Source: an uncultured Acidobacteriaceae bacterium
Lineage (GTDB): Bacteria > Acidobacteriota > Terriglobia > Terriglobales > Acidobacteriaceae
DNA length: 64,000 nucleotides
NCBI GenBank assembly: GCA_963763665.1
Contig: CAVXPT010000005.1
Location: 573,122 to 637,121, forward strand
Reading direction: 5' to 3'
Positions 39,281-48,068 of the stretch are shown here, piece by piece; the stretch's first letter is position 1, and the number at the start of each line of letters is the position of its first letter. Under the pieces are notes generated by a model. That model worked only from the letters and a program-made list of their open reading frames with translations, had not been told where the DNA came from and did no database searches. Both the position numbers and the translations under genes were made by a program.

Positions 39281-40303
39281 TCACGCGGTGTGCTCCAAAG
39301 ATGCGTCCGCTTTGCGCGAAGCGAGGAAAGTCGACAGTGTTGGAGCATCGGGCTGGGCGGCAGTTCCGCCTACGCCGGTGGCAGACAGCGCCCCGACAGC
39401 ATTTGCCAACAGCAGACACTCACATAAAGAACGCTTCGTCAGCAAGCCGTGCACGAAGCCGGCTGCAAATGAATCGCCGGCGCCGGTTGTATCTACGACA
39501 TTCACCCGAAATGTGTCGACGTGCACCCTATCGGTGCCTCGCACAGCAGTCGCTCCTTCGCTGCCCTCTTTCACAACGGCACAGGCTGTACGTTCTGCAA
39601 GCAGGGAGAGAGCTTCCGTCGTGTTCGTCATGCCCGTAAGCGCCTGCGCTTCAGATTCGTTCACGAACACAACATCGGCAACGCGCAAGACGTCCCATAT
39701 CTCTCGCGACCATCTTTGCGACGGATCGGAGTTGGGATCGAAAGAGACCGTAAGGCCCGCTGCCTTCGCCTCGCAGACCAGCCGCGAAAAATCCGGGCGC
39801 AAGCGTTCCTGCAGAAAGTATGACGTGAGGTGCAGGTGCCGGAAGCCCTCAAAGAGATTTGGGGGCAGATCGTCGTATCCCAGGTCGGCGATCGCGCCAA
39901 GGTGGGTGACGAGTGCGCGGTCGTCACGCGTGCTCAACACGATCGTGGCGCCCGTCGGAAGCGGCGAAAGCAGGAGGCGATCAGTCGAGATGCCTGCAGT
40001 TAGCAATGCACCCCGGCAAAATCTGCCGAAATCGTCGTCACCCACCTTGCCGACGAAACCAACGGAGTGGCCTAGCCGTGCGACGCCGCTCGCAAAGATG
40101 GCGGAGGCGCTGCCGAGCACCATCTGCATTCCCTGGGCCAGGACCTCGCTGCCGAGTACAGGAGGCGAGGCCAGTCCGGAAAGCACGATATCGACGTTCA
40201 GTTCGCCTATTACCAGCACAGAAGGAAGTACCTGCGTAGAACTCCTTCCTGTCGATCGTAGGCCCTGCAGCGGATGTTCAAGGGAATTGTCGTTTGCTTT
40301 CAT
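39281..40303 (-). CDS. PfkB-family (ribokinase-like) carbohydrate kinase
   Basis: N-terminal GG-type block (VLVIGELNVDIVL) and PfkB signature 2 (DTTGAGDSFAAGFVHGLL). Confidence 0.85.
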   Translation of the reverse strand: MKANDNSLEHPLQGLRSTGRSSTQVLPSVLVIGELNVDIVLSGLASPPVLGSEVLAQGMQMVLGSASAIFASGVARLGHSVGFVGKVGDDDFGRFCRGALLTAGISTDRLLLSPLPTGATIVLSTRDDRALVTHLGAIADLGYDDLPPNLFEGFRHLHLTSYFLQERLRPDFSRLVCEAKAAGLTVSFDPNSDPSQRWSREIWDVLRVADVVFVNESEAQALTGMTNTTEALSLLAERTACAVVKEGSEGATAVRGTDRVHVDTFRVNVVDTTGAGDSFAAGFVHGLLTKRSLCECLLLANAVGALSATGVGGTAAQPDAPTLSTFLASRKADASLEHTA

Positions 40304-40382
40304 TTTGTTTCGATTTATAGTTTTGAGTGTAATACAATCATCGACTGTTGGAGCAACGGGTGGTGTTGGTTAGGAGAAGTTT

Positions 40383-41558
40383 GTGGATGCATTGAGTGGT
40401 TTGATGGGATTGCCGGATCGTCTGGGGGCTGAGCATACCGCTCGGGAGATTGCGCAGCAACCGGAGACGTGGGCGGGGACGCTGGCGCTGTGCCGGGGGC
40501 GGCAGGCGGAGCTTCGGGCATTTGTGGCCCGGCAGGTGGGGCGGCCGGTGCTGTTGGCGGGGGCCGGGACCTCGGATTTTGTCGGCAGGTCGGTGGAGCG
40601 GCTGCTGCAGCGGCGGTGGGGCAGGCCGGTGCGCGCGGTGGCCAGCACCGAGCTGCTGACCGGGATGGACGACTGGCTTCGCACTGATGAAGGTGCACTT
40701 TGCATCTCGTTCTCGCGGTCGGGCGACAGCTCAGAGGGCGTGGCGGTCATTGAGGAGATGAAGCGCCGCTTTCCTCGCGTGGCGCACCTGGTGATTAGCT
40801 GCAACGCCCAAGGCGCCATGGCGAAGCTGATGCACGGCCAAGCGCAATCGTACGCGCTGGTGCTGGACCCGGCGACCAACGATCGCGGTCTGGCGATGAC
40901 CAGCTCGTTTTCGAACATGGTGGTAGCGGGCCAGGCGCTTGCGTATATCGATGACCTGGACGGGTACGGCGCGATGCTCGAGCAGCTTGCGCAAGGCGCG
41001 GAGTCGCTGCTGCCGCGGGCGGCCGATGCCGCGGCCAAGCTGGCGAAGAGCGGCTTTACGCGGGTGTGCTTTCTCGGGTCTGGGGCGCTGAGGGCCACGG
41101 CGGCTGAGTCCGCTCTGAAGGTGCAGGAGCTGACGGCCGGCCGGATCTTCACCATGTCGGAATCGTTCCTCGGTCTGCGGCACGGGCCGCTGTCGTTCAT
41201 CGACAGACAAACGCTGGTTGTCGCCTACGTGGCCTCGGATGCGCAGACGCGCTCCTATGAAGGAGACCTGCTCAGCGAGCTGCGCGACAAGAAGCTGGGC
41301 GCGACGATTGCGGCCACAGGATTCGGACTCCATATCTCCGAGGCGGCGCATGTGGCACTCGATCTCGGTAAGTGCGCCGGCGCGCCACCGGATGCTCTGC
41401 GTCCGCCGCTGGACGTGATCTTCGGTCAACTGCTGGGGTTGTTCTGCTCACTCGAAGCCGGGCTGAAGCCGGATACGCCGAGCCCAACGGGCGCCATCTC
41501 GCGGGTCGTCTCGCATGTGAGGATCCACTCATCGCAGCCTGTTCCGGAGCTCAAGTGA
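40383..41558 (+). CDS. agaS: AgaS-family SIS-domain sugar-phosphate isomerase/deaminase
   Basis: Collinear from memory with E. coli AgaS: EIAQQPETW, LLAGAGTSDFVG, ISFSRSGDSSEGVA, NDRGLAMTSSFSNM, ESALKVQELTAG, RHGP, PDTPSPTGAISRVV. Confidence 0.8.
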   Translation: MDALSGLMGLPDRLGAEHTAREIAQQPETWAGTLALCRGRQAELRAFVARQVGRPVLLAGAGTSDFVGRSVERLLQRRWGRPVRAVASTELLTGMDDWLRTDEGALCISFSRSGDSSEGVAVIEEMKRRFPRVAHLVISCNAQGAMAKLMHGQAQSYALVLDPATNDRGLAMTSSFSNMVVAGQALAYIDDLDGYGAMLEQLAQGAESLLPRAADAAAKLAKSGFTRVCFLGSGALRATAAESALKVQELTAGRIFTMSESFLGLRHGPLSFIDRQTLVVAYVASDAQTRSYEGDLLSELRDKKLGATIAATGFGLHISEAAHVALDLGKCAGAPPDALRPPLDVIFGQLLGLFCSLEAGLKPDTPSPTGAISRVVSHVRIHSSQPVPELK

Positions 41559-43618
41559 CTTTCTCGAAGCACCACTCGCCCCGTTCGGCCGCTGCCCTCT
41601 CGCTCTCTTTCGCCCTGACTGCCTTTGCCCTGTCTGCACATGGCTGGAGCCAACAGCATGCGGCGAGCGCCGGGGATGTGATCGCCTCCGCGGCAAGCTC
41701 CTCCGCTGAGAACTCCAAGGAAGGGCGCATCGGGGATGGTGTGATTGAGGCGCGATGGCCGCTCCGTGACGGGAAGCCGGGTGGGCTGGAAGTTCGCGAT
41801 GTGCGCGACGGACAAGTGTTGCAGTTGATTGGCCCGTTCAAGCTGGCGCTGGCGGATGGACAGGTGGTTGATCCTGCGACGATGACGCTGCTCGGGCCGG
41901 GGCGGGTTGAGCCGCTGGCTGCCAATCCGGATGCGACGGTGGCGGCAGAGAAGCTGCCTGGCAGCTCCGTTCACTACCAACTGGGTGATCCAGCAGGGCG
42001 GTTCCAGATGGAGTGGGCAGTCGTGATGCGCCAGAACGCGCACTACGTGCGCCAGGTGCTGACCATAAAGGCAGGCAAGGCAGATGTCGCCATCACCCGT
42101 GTTTCGTTGATCGATGCGACGGCGCCAGGGATGCGCCCGGAAATGAGAATGACGGGGACGGTGAAGGGCACGCCGCTGACGGCGGGAGACTTCTTCCTCG
42201 GTTTTGAACATCCGCTCTCCACCAGCAGCGTGGTGGACAAGCGCGGCGTGGCCGAGATGGAGCGGGTGCTGCCGCTGCGGGCGGGGCAAACGGTGCGCTA
42301 TTCCGCCGTGGTGGGGGTGGCCGCGCCGGGGCAGATGCGGCGCGATTTCCTGGCGTATATCGAGCGCGAGAGGGCGCATCCGTACCGCACGTTTCTGCAC
42401 TACAACAGCTGGTACGACATTGGCTATGAGAACCGCTACACGCAGGCGGAGGCGGTGGAGCGGATTAACACCTTTGGCCGCGAGCTGCACGACAAGCGCG
42501 GGGTGACGCTGGACTCCTTCATGTTCGACGACGGGTGGGATGACACGGCGGGCATGTGGGCGTTCCGCAAGGACTTCAAGAACGGTTTCCTTCCGCTGAA
42601 AGAGGCAGCGGCGCAGTACGGGACGGCGCCGGGCGTGTGGCTCTCTCCGTGGGGAGGCTATGCGCATGAAAAGCAGGAGCGGATTGCCGAGGGACGCAAG
42701 GAGGGCTACGAGATCGAGAACGGCGGCTTCGCGCTCTCCGGGCCGAAGTACTATGCGCGCTTTCACGAAATCTGCATGGAGATGGTGAAGAAGTACGGCG
42801 TAAACCAGTTCAAGTTCGACGGCACGGGCAATGTGGACACGGTGGTGAAAGGCAGCGCCTTCGACAGCGACTTTGACGCGGCCATTCACCTGATCGGGGA
42901 TCTGCGGGAGGTGAAGCCGGACCTGTACATCAACCTGACCACGGGCACCTATCCTTCGCCGTTCTGGCTGATGTATGCGGACTCGATCTGGCGGGGCGGC
43001 GATGACCACAGCTTTGCCGGGGTGGGGCCGGAGCGCGAGCGCTGGATCACCTATCGCGATATGGACGTGTACGACCACATCGTGAAGGGCGGTTCGCTGT
43101 TCCCGCTCAACTCGTTGATGCTGCACGGGTTGATCTACGGACAGTATGCCTTTCACCTGAATACCGATCCGGGCGGCGACTTCAAAAATGAGGTACGCGA
43201 TTACTTCGGGACGGGCACGGATTTGCAGGAGATGTACATTACGCCATCGCTGCTGAAGCCGGCGGACTGGGATGTGCTGGCGGAGGCGGCGAAGTGGTCG
43301 CGCGCGAATGCCGGAGTGCTGAAGGACACGCACTGGGTGGGCGGCGATCCGCGATGGCTGCAGGTGTATGGATGGGCATCGTGGACGCCGGAGAAGGCGA
43401 TCGTGACATTGCGCAATCCGAGCGATAAGCCCCAGTTTTTTCAGTTGGATGCGGAAAAGGCGTTTGAGCTGCCGCCGGGCGCGGCACGACGCTTCCGCGC
43501 GCACAGCCCGTGGAAGGATGAGGCCGGAATGCCTCCGATGCAACTGGTGGCGGGGACGCCGCATATCTTCCGTCTGGAGCCGTTTCAGGTGCTGACTTTG
43601 GAGGCTGTTCCGGAGTAA
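41555..43618 (+). CDS. Secreted glycoside-hydrolase-like protein (clan GH-D / alpha-galactosidase-like TIM barrel behind an N-terminal beta-sandwich)
   Basis: GTG 41555 overlaps the agaS stop (GTGA) and gives a signal peptide (SAAALSLSFALTAFALSAHG). The catalytic-region pattern is NSWYDIGY, FMFDDGWDD, GVWLSPWGG, NQFKFDG, which resembles the GH36/GH27 blocks. The exact family is not established. Confidence 0.55.
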   Translation: MTFSKHHSPRSAAALSLSFALTAFALSAHGWSQQHAASAGDVIASAASSSAENSKEGRIGDGVIEARWPLRDGKPGGLEVRDVRDGQVLQLIGPFKLALADGQVVDPATMTLLGPGRVEPLAANPDATVAAEKLPGSSVHYQLGDPAGRFQMEWAVVMRQNAHYVRQVLTIKAGKADVAITRVSLIDATAPGMRPEMRMTGTVKGTPLTAGDFFLGFEHPLSTSSVVDKRGVAEMERVLPLRAGQTVRYSAVVGVAAPGQMRRDFLAYIERERAHPYRTFLHYNSWYDIGYENRYTQAEAVERINTFGRELHDKRGVTLDSFMFDDGWDDTAGMWAFRKDFKNGFLPLKEAAAQYGTAPGVWLSPWGGYAHEKQERIAEGRKEGYEIENGGFALSGPKYYARFHEICMEMVKKYGVNQFKFDGTGNVDTVVKGSAFDSDFDAAIHLIGDLREVKPDLYINLTTGTYPSPFWLMYADSIWRGGDDHSFAGVGPERERWITYRDMDVYDHIVKGGSLFPLNSLMLHGLIYGQYAFHLNTDPGGDFKNEVRDYFGTGTDLQEMYITPSLLKPADWDVLAEAAKWSRANAGVLKDTHWVGGDPRWLQVYGWASWTPEKAIVTLRNPSDKPQFFQLDAEKAFELPPGAARRFRAHSPWKDEAGMPPMQLVAGTPHIFRLEPFQVLTLEAVPE

Positions 43619-43644
43619 ACGACGGGCATTGCTGGGCTGAAAAC

Positions 43645-43801
43645 GCGCGAAATTTGTGTCTGAAAAGGGCGTTTGCGGGCGCGTTTAGGACCCGTTCGGG
43701 TGCGCTTTGGAGCGCGATTTGTGCTGGAAAGAGGCGCTTGATTGCGCAGATTTTCGGCGTTTTTGCACCGGGGATGGTGCGATTTTGTGACTTTCGAGTG
43801 G
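43645..43801. repeat. Three to four degenerate copies of a ~25-nt motif (GCGCGA-TTTGTG-CTGGAAA-GGCG) spaced ~66 bp apart
   Basis: Full copies at 43645-43671 (gcgcgaaatttgtgtctgaaaagggcg), 43712-43736 (gcgcgatttgtgctggaaagaggcg) and 43777-43801 (gtgcgattttgtgactttcgagtgg). A weaker copy lies at 43744-43759. Confidence 0.4.
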
Positions 43802-43962
43802 TTTCGTTTTTTCCTGTCGCAAACTGGCGGATGGAATAACGAAAGCCGGGCTTCCATGAGAAGGCCGGGCGGATGCCATTCGCCGGAGTCCGTTATGCCA
43901 ATCAAGATGGGAACATTGGGGACCGGGCAGCGTAGGTAGCAGATGAAGGGGGCGGCGTCCCT

Positions 43963-44967
43963 ATGCTCCGATGCAGCCGGCTAGCTGGTTTGATGTTGCT
44001 CACTTTCCTGGCAACTCCTCTTTCTTCGCAAAGCGCGGCGTGGAAGGATCCGTCACCCCACAGCACGCGATTCGTGAGCGTGGATAAGGATGTTCAGCTG
44101 GAAGTACTCGATTGGGGTGGTTCTGGCAGGCCAATCGTTCTTCTGGCCGGGGGCGGCAATACGGCTCACGTATTCGATGATTTCGCTCCGAAGCTCACAG
44201 CACAATTTCATGTTTACGGGATGACAAGGCGCGGATTCGGCGCGTCCGGTTATGCAGCCACGGATGACCCGGCTGACCGCCTTGGAGACGACGTTGTGGC
44301 CGTGATTGCCGCGCTCAAGCTGAAGCGACCGATCCTGGTGGGGCACTCGATAGCTGGAGCGGAATTGAGTTCGGTTGCCAACAGCCATCCCGACCGAGTT
44401 GCGGGCCTGGTCTATCTCGACGCCGCCTATTCCTACGCCTTCGACAACGGCAAGGGCGCAAACATTATGGAAATCCAGAAGCTCCAGGGGCCTCAACCTC
44501 CTCCACCGAGTGGAGCGGATTTGGCCAGCTTCGCTGCACTCCAGAAATATTATGAGCGCGTGAACGGATTTCTATTCCCTGAAGCGGAGTTGCGCCAGCA
44601 ACGGGAATCAACCCCGGACGGCAGGGTTGGAACACCACGTGATTTTCGCGGTGGCGCTTTGTTTATGCCGCTGATGAAGGGCACGAAGAAGTACAGCAAG
44701 ATTCCTGTACCTGCGCTTGTGATTTTTGCGAACCCGCATAGTCAGGGGAGGTGGGTTGACGACAACCGGGATCCTTCGGTGCAGACCGCAGCTCGGGCTT
44801 ACTCCACTGCGTTATCACCTTTAGTAGAGCGGCAGGAAAAGGCAGTTGAGCATGGCGCGCCAAAGGCGCAGGTGATTACATTGGCCGGGGCGAATCATTA
44901 CGTATTTCTGTCAAACGAGGCGGAGGTACTGCGGGAGATGCGTGCCTTTCTTGCCAGGCGACATTAG
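43963..44967 (+). CDS. Secreted alpha/beta-fold hydrolase
   Basis: Signal peptide ..TPLSSQSAA, oxyanion-type block VLLAGGGNTAH, nucleophile elbow VGHSIAG. Confidence 0.8.
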   Translation: MLRCSRLAGLMLLTFLATPLSSQSAAWKDPSPHSTRFVSVDKDVQLEVLDWGGSGRPIVLLAGGGNTAHVFDDFAPKLTAQFHVYGMTRRGFGASGYAATDDPADRLGDDVVAVIAALKLKRPILVGHSIAGAELSSVANSHPDRVAGLVYLDAAYSYAFDNGKGANIMEIQKLQGPQPPPPSGADLASFAALQKYYERVNGFLFPEAELRQQRESTPDGRVGTPRDFRGGALFMPLMKGTKKYSKIPVPALVIFANPHSQGRWVDDNRDPSVQTAARAYSTALSPLVERQEKAVEHGAPKAQVITLAGANHYVFLSNEAEVLREMRAFLARRH

Positions 44968-44989
44968 GAATGCTGAAGGCTGCTGCAGA

Positions 44990-45040
44990 CACTGCAGGTC
45001 CTTTACTCCATCTTCGGTTGCGTTCTGGGTGACAGAGCTT
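44990..45040. repeat. REP-like intergenic element (family copy 1)
   Basis: It shares the 13-mer cactgcaggtcct with the copy at 51112-51124. It also carries a degenerate core (ctttactccatcttcgg..ctgggtgacag). It sits between two convergent genes. Confidence 0.45.
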
Positions 45041-45047
45041 TGGGGTT

Positions 45048-46112
45048 CTAGCGGGTGGGGCGGAGGCGGGTGGCGGGTTTTGCGGGGAGCTTGTGCGGGG
45101 CCTCGGTGGACTCGCGGATGATGAGGGTGGGGGCGACGCGCACGGTGGTGGGCTCCCGGGTGATGCGGCCTTCGATGCGGTCGATGAGGATGCCGGCGGC
45201 GCGCGCTCCCATTTCATAACTCGGCTGCACGACGGTGGTGAGATGCGGATGGAATGGGCTGTCGACGGCGAGATCGTCGAAGGTGGCCAGTGCGATGTCC
45301 TGGGGGCAGCGGATGTTCAGCTCCTCGAATGCTTTCAGCACGCCGAGGGTCATGACGCCGTTGCAGACGAAGATGGCCGTGGGCCTGGCTGCGCGGTCCC
45401 GATTCTCCGGCGAGACGATCTGTTTTCCGAGACGGTAGCCGGAGTCGTGGCGGAAATCTCCTTCGAGGATCCTTCCCTTCTCTGCCGGGATGTCTGCTTC
45501 GCGGAGCGCCTCTTCATAACCGCGAAGACGCTCGCGTCCGGTCTGCACGTCCAGAGGACCGGTAATGATGGCGATGCGGCGATGGCCTTTCTGGATCATG
45601 TGGCGCACGCACTCGCGCGCGCCGCGCACGTTGTCGAGCAGGACAGCATCGGTCTTGACGCCGGGCACGGTGCGGTCGAGACAGACGAGGGCGACGCCGG
45701 CGTCGATAGTGCTCTTGAGGTGGGTGGTGTCGGTGCCGCTGGCCGAGGCGAGCAGCACGCCATCGACGCGATAGGAGCGGAGCGCGGCGACGATGCGGCG
45801 CTCGCGACCGATCTGCTCATCGGTGTTGGCAGTCATCAGAAAGTAGCCGCGCTCGAAGGCGGTATCTTCGGCACCGCGGATGATCTCGGGAAAGAATGGG
45901 TTGGTGATGTCGGGCAGGACCATGGCGAGCATGCGTGTCTGCCGGACCTTGAGGCTGCGGGCAATCTCGTTGGGGGAGTAGTTCAGCTCGCGGATGGCGA
46001 TCTGGACACGCTCGGTGAGCTTGGGGCTGACCTTGCGGGTGCCGCGGATGACGTTGGAAACGGTCGCGATGGAAACGTCGGCGCGTCTGGCTACTTCCAC
46101 AATCGTCGCCAT
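45048..46112 (-). CDS. LacI-family transcriptional regulator
   Basis: HTH block MATIVEVARRADVSIATVSNVIRG and a sugar-binding core (LATFDDLAV). ATG 46112 is preferred over the track start 46151. Confidence 0.9.
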   Translation of the reverse strand: MATIVEVARRADVSIATVSNVIRGTRKVSPKLTERVQIAIRELNYSPNEIARSLKVRQTRMLAMVLPDITNPFFPEIIRGAEDTAFERGYFLMTANTDEQIGRERRIVAALRSYRVDGVLLASASGTDTTHLKSTIDAGVALVCLDRTVPGVKTDAVLLDNVRGARECVRHMIQKGHRRIAIITGPLDVQTGRERLRGYEEALREADIPAEKGRILEGDFRHDSGYRLGKQIVSPENRDRAARPTAIFVCNGVMTLGVLKAFEELNIRCPQDIALATFDDLAVDSPFHPHLTTVVQPSYEMGARAAGILIDRIEGRITREPTTVRVAPTLIIRESTEAPHKLPAKPATRLRPTR

Positions 46113-46292
46113 ACGATCCGCGCCAGTGCCGTTGGTTTCCGCAGGAACCATAGGTTATGTGAAGACTGTATCGTGGATTCGATCCGGCTACAAACGGACT
46201 TGCCGTCCGGGGCGATCGCGCCTGCGGCGCGTGCACTGCGGCTCGCTCCTTTTGTTCGCTCACGTTTGGCTTTGTGGGTGTGCTCGAAAATA

Positions 46293-46322
46293 GCAGGTTC
46301 TTCGCTTCGCTCAGAATGACAC
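46293..46322. repeat. REP-like intergenic element (family copy 2)
   Basis: gcaggttCTTCGCTtCGCTCaGaATGACac. It matches the core seen at 52995-53027, 51121-51150 and 46881-46898. Confidence 0.5.
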
Positions 46323-46354
46323 GGATTTGAATAGGGTTTGCGAAAGGTACAACG

Positions 46355-46786
46355 ATGCTGAAAGGGATTTCTCCTTATCTAAGCCCCGAGTTGCTGAAGA
46401 CGCTTTACGAGATGGGGCATGGCGACGAGATCGTACTGGCCGATGCGCACTTTCCCGGCCATACGCTGGGGCGGCGGGTGGTGCGCGCGGATGGTCTGAA
46501 TGTCTCGCAGCTGCTGGATGCCATTCTGCCGCTGTTTGAGCTGGAGAAGGGCGACGACGCGCTGGCGATGATGCAGCCGGATGGCGGCGATGCGATGAAC
46601 GCGGAGGTGGAGGCGGATTTTCTTCGGGCGGTGCGGCGGCATGCGGCGCGCACGAGTCCTGCGGCGCGGGTTGCGAGAGAGGCTTTCTATGAGCGCGCGA
46701 AGCGCGCTTACTGCGTGGTGATGACGGGGGAGTTGCGGGCTTATGGGAATTTGATTTTGACGAAGGGGGTTACGCCCGTGGACTGA
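46355..46786 (+). CDS. fucU: L-fucose mutarotase (RbsD/FucU family)
   Basis: Near-collinear from memory with E. coli FucU: MLKGISPYLSPELLKTLYEMGHGDEIVLADAHFP ... FYERAKRAYCVVMTGE..YGNLILTKGV. Confidence 0.9.
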   Translation: MLKGISPYLSPELLKTLYEMGHGDEIVLADAHFPGHTLGRRVVRADGLNVSQLLDAILPLFELEKGDDALAMMQPDGGDAMNAEVEADFLRAVRRHAARTSPAARVAREAFYERAKRAYCVVMTGELRAYGNLILTKGVTPVD

Positions 46787-46898
46787 CCGTCCGAGGGACG
46801 GGGATAAGGATGTTCGGAGGTCGCTTCGCTCCGATCGAATACGCCCACCCTACGCCTTCGCGTAGGACGGGGCACCCGGCTTTACTCGGGATGACAGG
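46787..46898. repeat. Composite REP-like element (family copy 3) containing two perfect hairpins
   Basis: Hairpin CCGTCC-gag-GGACGG (46787-46801) lies immediately after the fucU stop. Hairpin CCTACGC-cttc-GCGTAGG is at 46849-46866. The element also carries ggggcaccc (46869-46877, also present at ~51141) and the core ctttactcgggatgacagg (46881-46898). Confidence 0.5.
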
Positions 46899-46911
46899 AT
46901 GATGAGTGTGG

Positions 46912-48036
46912 TTAGTGCGTGACTCCGGCGTTGCCGGGGCCGCCGGTTGGCTGCAGGGCGGGGAGTCTTTCGTCTACCGGTGGCAGGGATGGGAAGGGCT
47001 CGTGCGGCTCGGCCTGATACCAGTAGCCGACGGAGTAGTAGTTATCGGAGCGGGCGTTGGCGTGGCCGTGCTCGATGGTGGCCTTGAAGGATTTGGTGAA
47101 TGGAATGGGCGAGTCGAGATGGAAACGATAGACGCTGGAGCGGCTGCCGGCGAGCTCCGTGCCGACGACGGGCGCTCCGTATAGCGCGTAGGAGAAGGGC
47201 TCGCCACCGAAGTCCCATGCGCCGAGGAAGTAGTCTTCCGTGCCGGTGCCGGTAATGGAGGGAGTGTTGACGCCGTCGATGAAGAACATGTCATCGCCCT
47301 CGCCCCACCACATGTCCTGGTTCTGCAGCACGGACATGGTGACGCCTACATATTGTCCGTGGCCTTTGGCTTCAAACCAGACGTAGTTGTCTTTGCCATC
47401 GAGGTTGGACTTGTTGTTGACCGCTGAGTCGCCATTGGACTTCCAGTCGGTGGTCCAGCCGTGATTGGGCTGCGACTGGCGATATTGCGCGTGGAAGTAG
47501 AGAGTGCCTGCCGCGAGCGGATGATCGTAGGTGCGGTAGTCGATGTTGTAGTAGAGAGAGTTGATCGGCTCTTTGCCTTCATTCGTAACCGTGATGCGGG
47601 CGTGATGGGCGAAGGGCATGGGGAAGAAGCTGTTGAGGCTTTTGACGCTGCCGACGGAGAGCATCTCCGAGTGCCAACTGTGATATTCGCCGAGGCCGAG
47701 GCCGAAGAAGTCGCCGATGGGTGATTCGACACTGGGGCTCTTCTCGTCATCCCAATAGATGCGCAGGACGATGCGCTTGAGGTTATAGGGCTCGTTGTCC
47801 GCGATGGTGAACCAGATGTGCGAGACTTCGCCGGGGCCGGCCGCATCGAGCACGGTCTCTGTGGCGCCGGGCTCGACGTGGCGAAAATCCGCGTTGGCGC
47901 CTTTCGGATCGGCGCTTGAGGCGCGATGGAGCACGTAGGTCTGCTGGACCGTCAGGTCGGGTTGCCAGCCGGGGGTCTGCGCGTGAGCCATGAGGGCGAG
48001 GGCGCCGAGAGAAAAGAGAACCGCAATTCGTTTCAT
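46912..48036 (-). CDS. Secreted DUF2961 / glycoside hydrolase family 172 protein
   Basis: Signal peptide ..LMAHAQ. Family blocks VSHIWFTI, LRIYWDDEKSPSVESPIGDFFG, GEGDDMFFIDG, GTGTEDYFLGAWDF. Confidence 0.8.
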   Translation of the reverse strand: MKRIAVLFSLGALALMAHAQTPGWQPDLTVQQTYVLHRASSADPKGANADFRHVEPGATETVLDAAGPGEVSHIWFTIADNEPYNLKRIVLRIYWDDEKSPSVESPIGDFFGLGLGEYHSWHSEMLSVGSVKSLNSFFPMPFAHHARITVTNEGKEPINSLYYNIDYRTYDHPLAAGTLYFHAQYRQSQPNHGWTTDWKSNGDSAVNNKSNLDGKDNYVWFEAKGHGQYVGVTMSVLQNQDMWWGEGDDMFFIDGVNTPSITGTGTEDYFLGAWDFGGEPFSYALYGAPVVGTELAGSRSSVYRFHLDSPIPFTKSFKATIEHGHANARSDNYYSVGYWYQAEPHEPFPSLPPVDERLPALQPTGGPGNAGVTH

Positions 48037-48068
48037 AACAATTCACCTCAGAAAATTCAACGAGTCCA

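Noticed and set aside
41372-41554. Upstream extension of the hydrolase ORF overlapping agaS; also the 60944..61111 extension of the IclR ORF and the 13784..13894 extension of the nuclease ORF
   Set aside because: Each extension overlaps the preceding or facing gene. Each is Arg/Ser/Ala-rich and is followed by an internal start that yields a sensible N-terminus: a signal peptide, a winged-HTH, or MTISY respectively.
41426-43564. 712-aa minus-strand ORF covering the whole secreted hydrolase gene
   Set aside because: It is an antisense shadow ORF, typical of GC-rich DNA. The translation is Arg/His/Pro/Leu-rich low complexity with no recognisable motif, whereas the plus-strand frame has a signal peptide and glycosidase-like blocks.
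43645-43801. Possible CRISPR array
   Set aside because: The repeats are only ~80 % identical, there are only 3-4 copies, and the unit length is irregular. No cas genes occur in the window.
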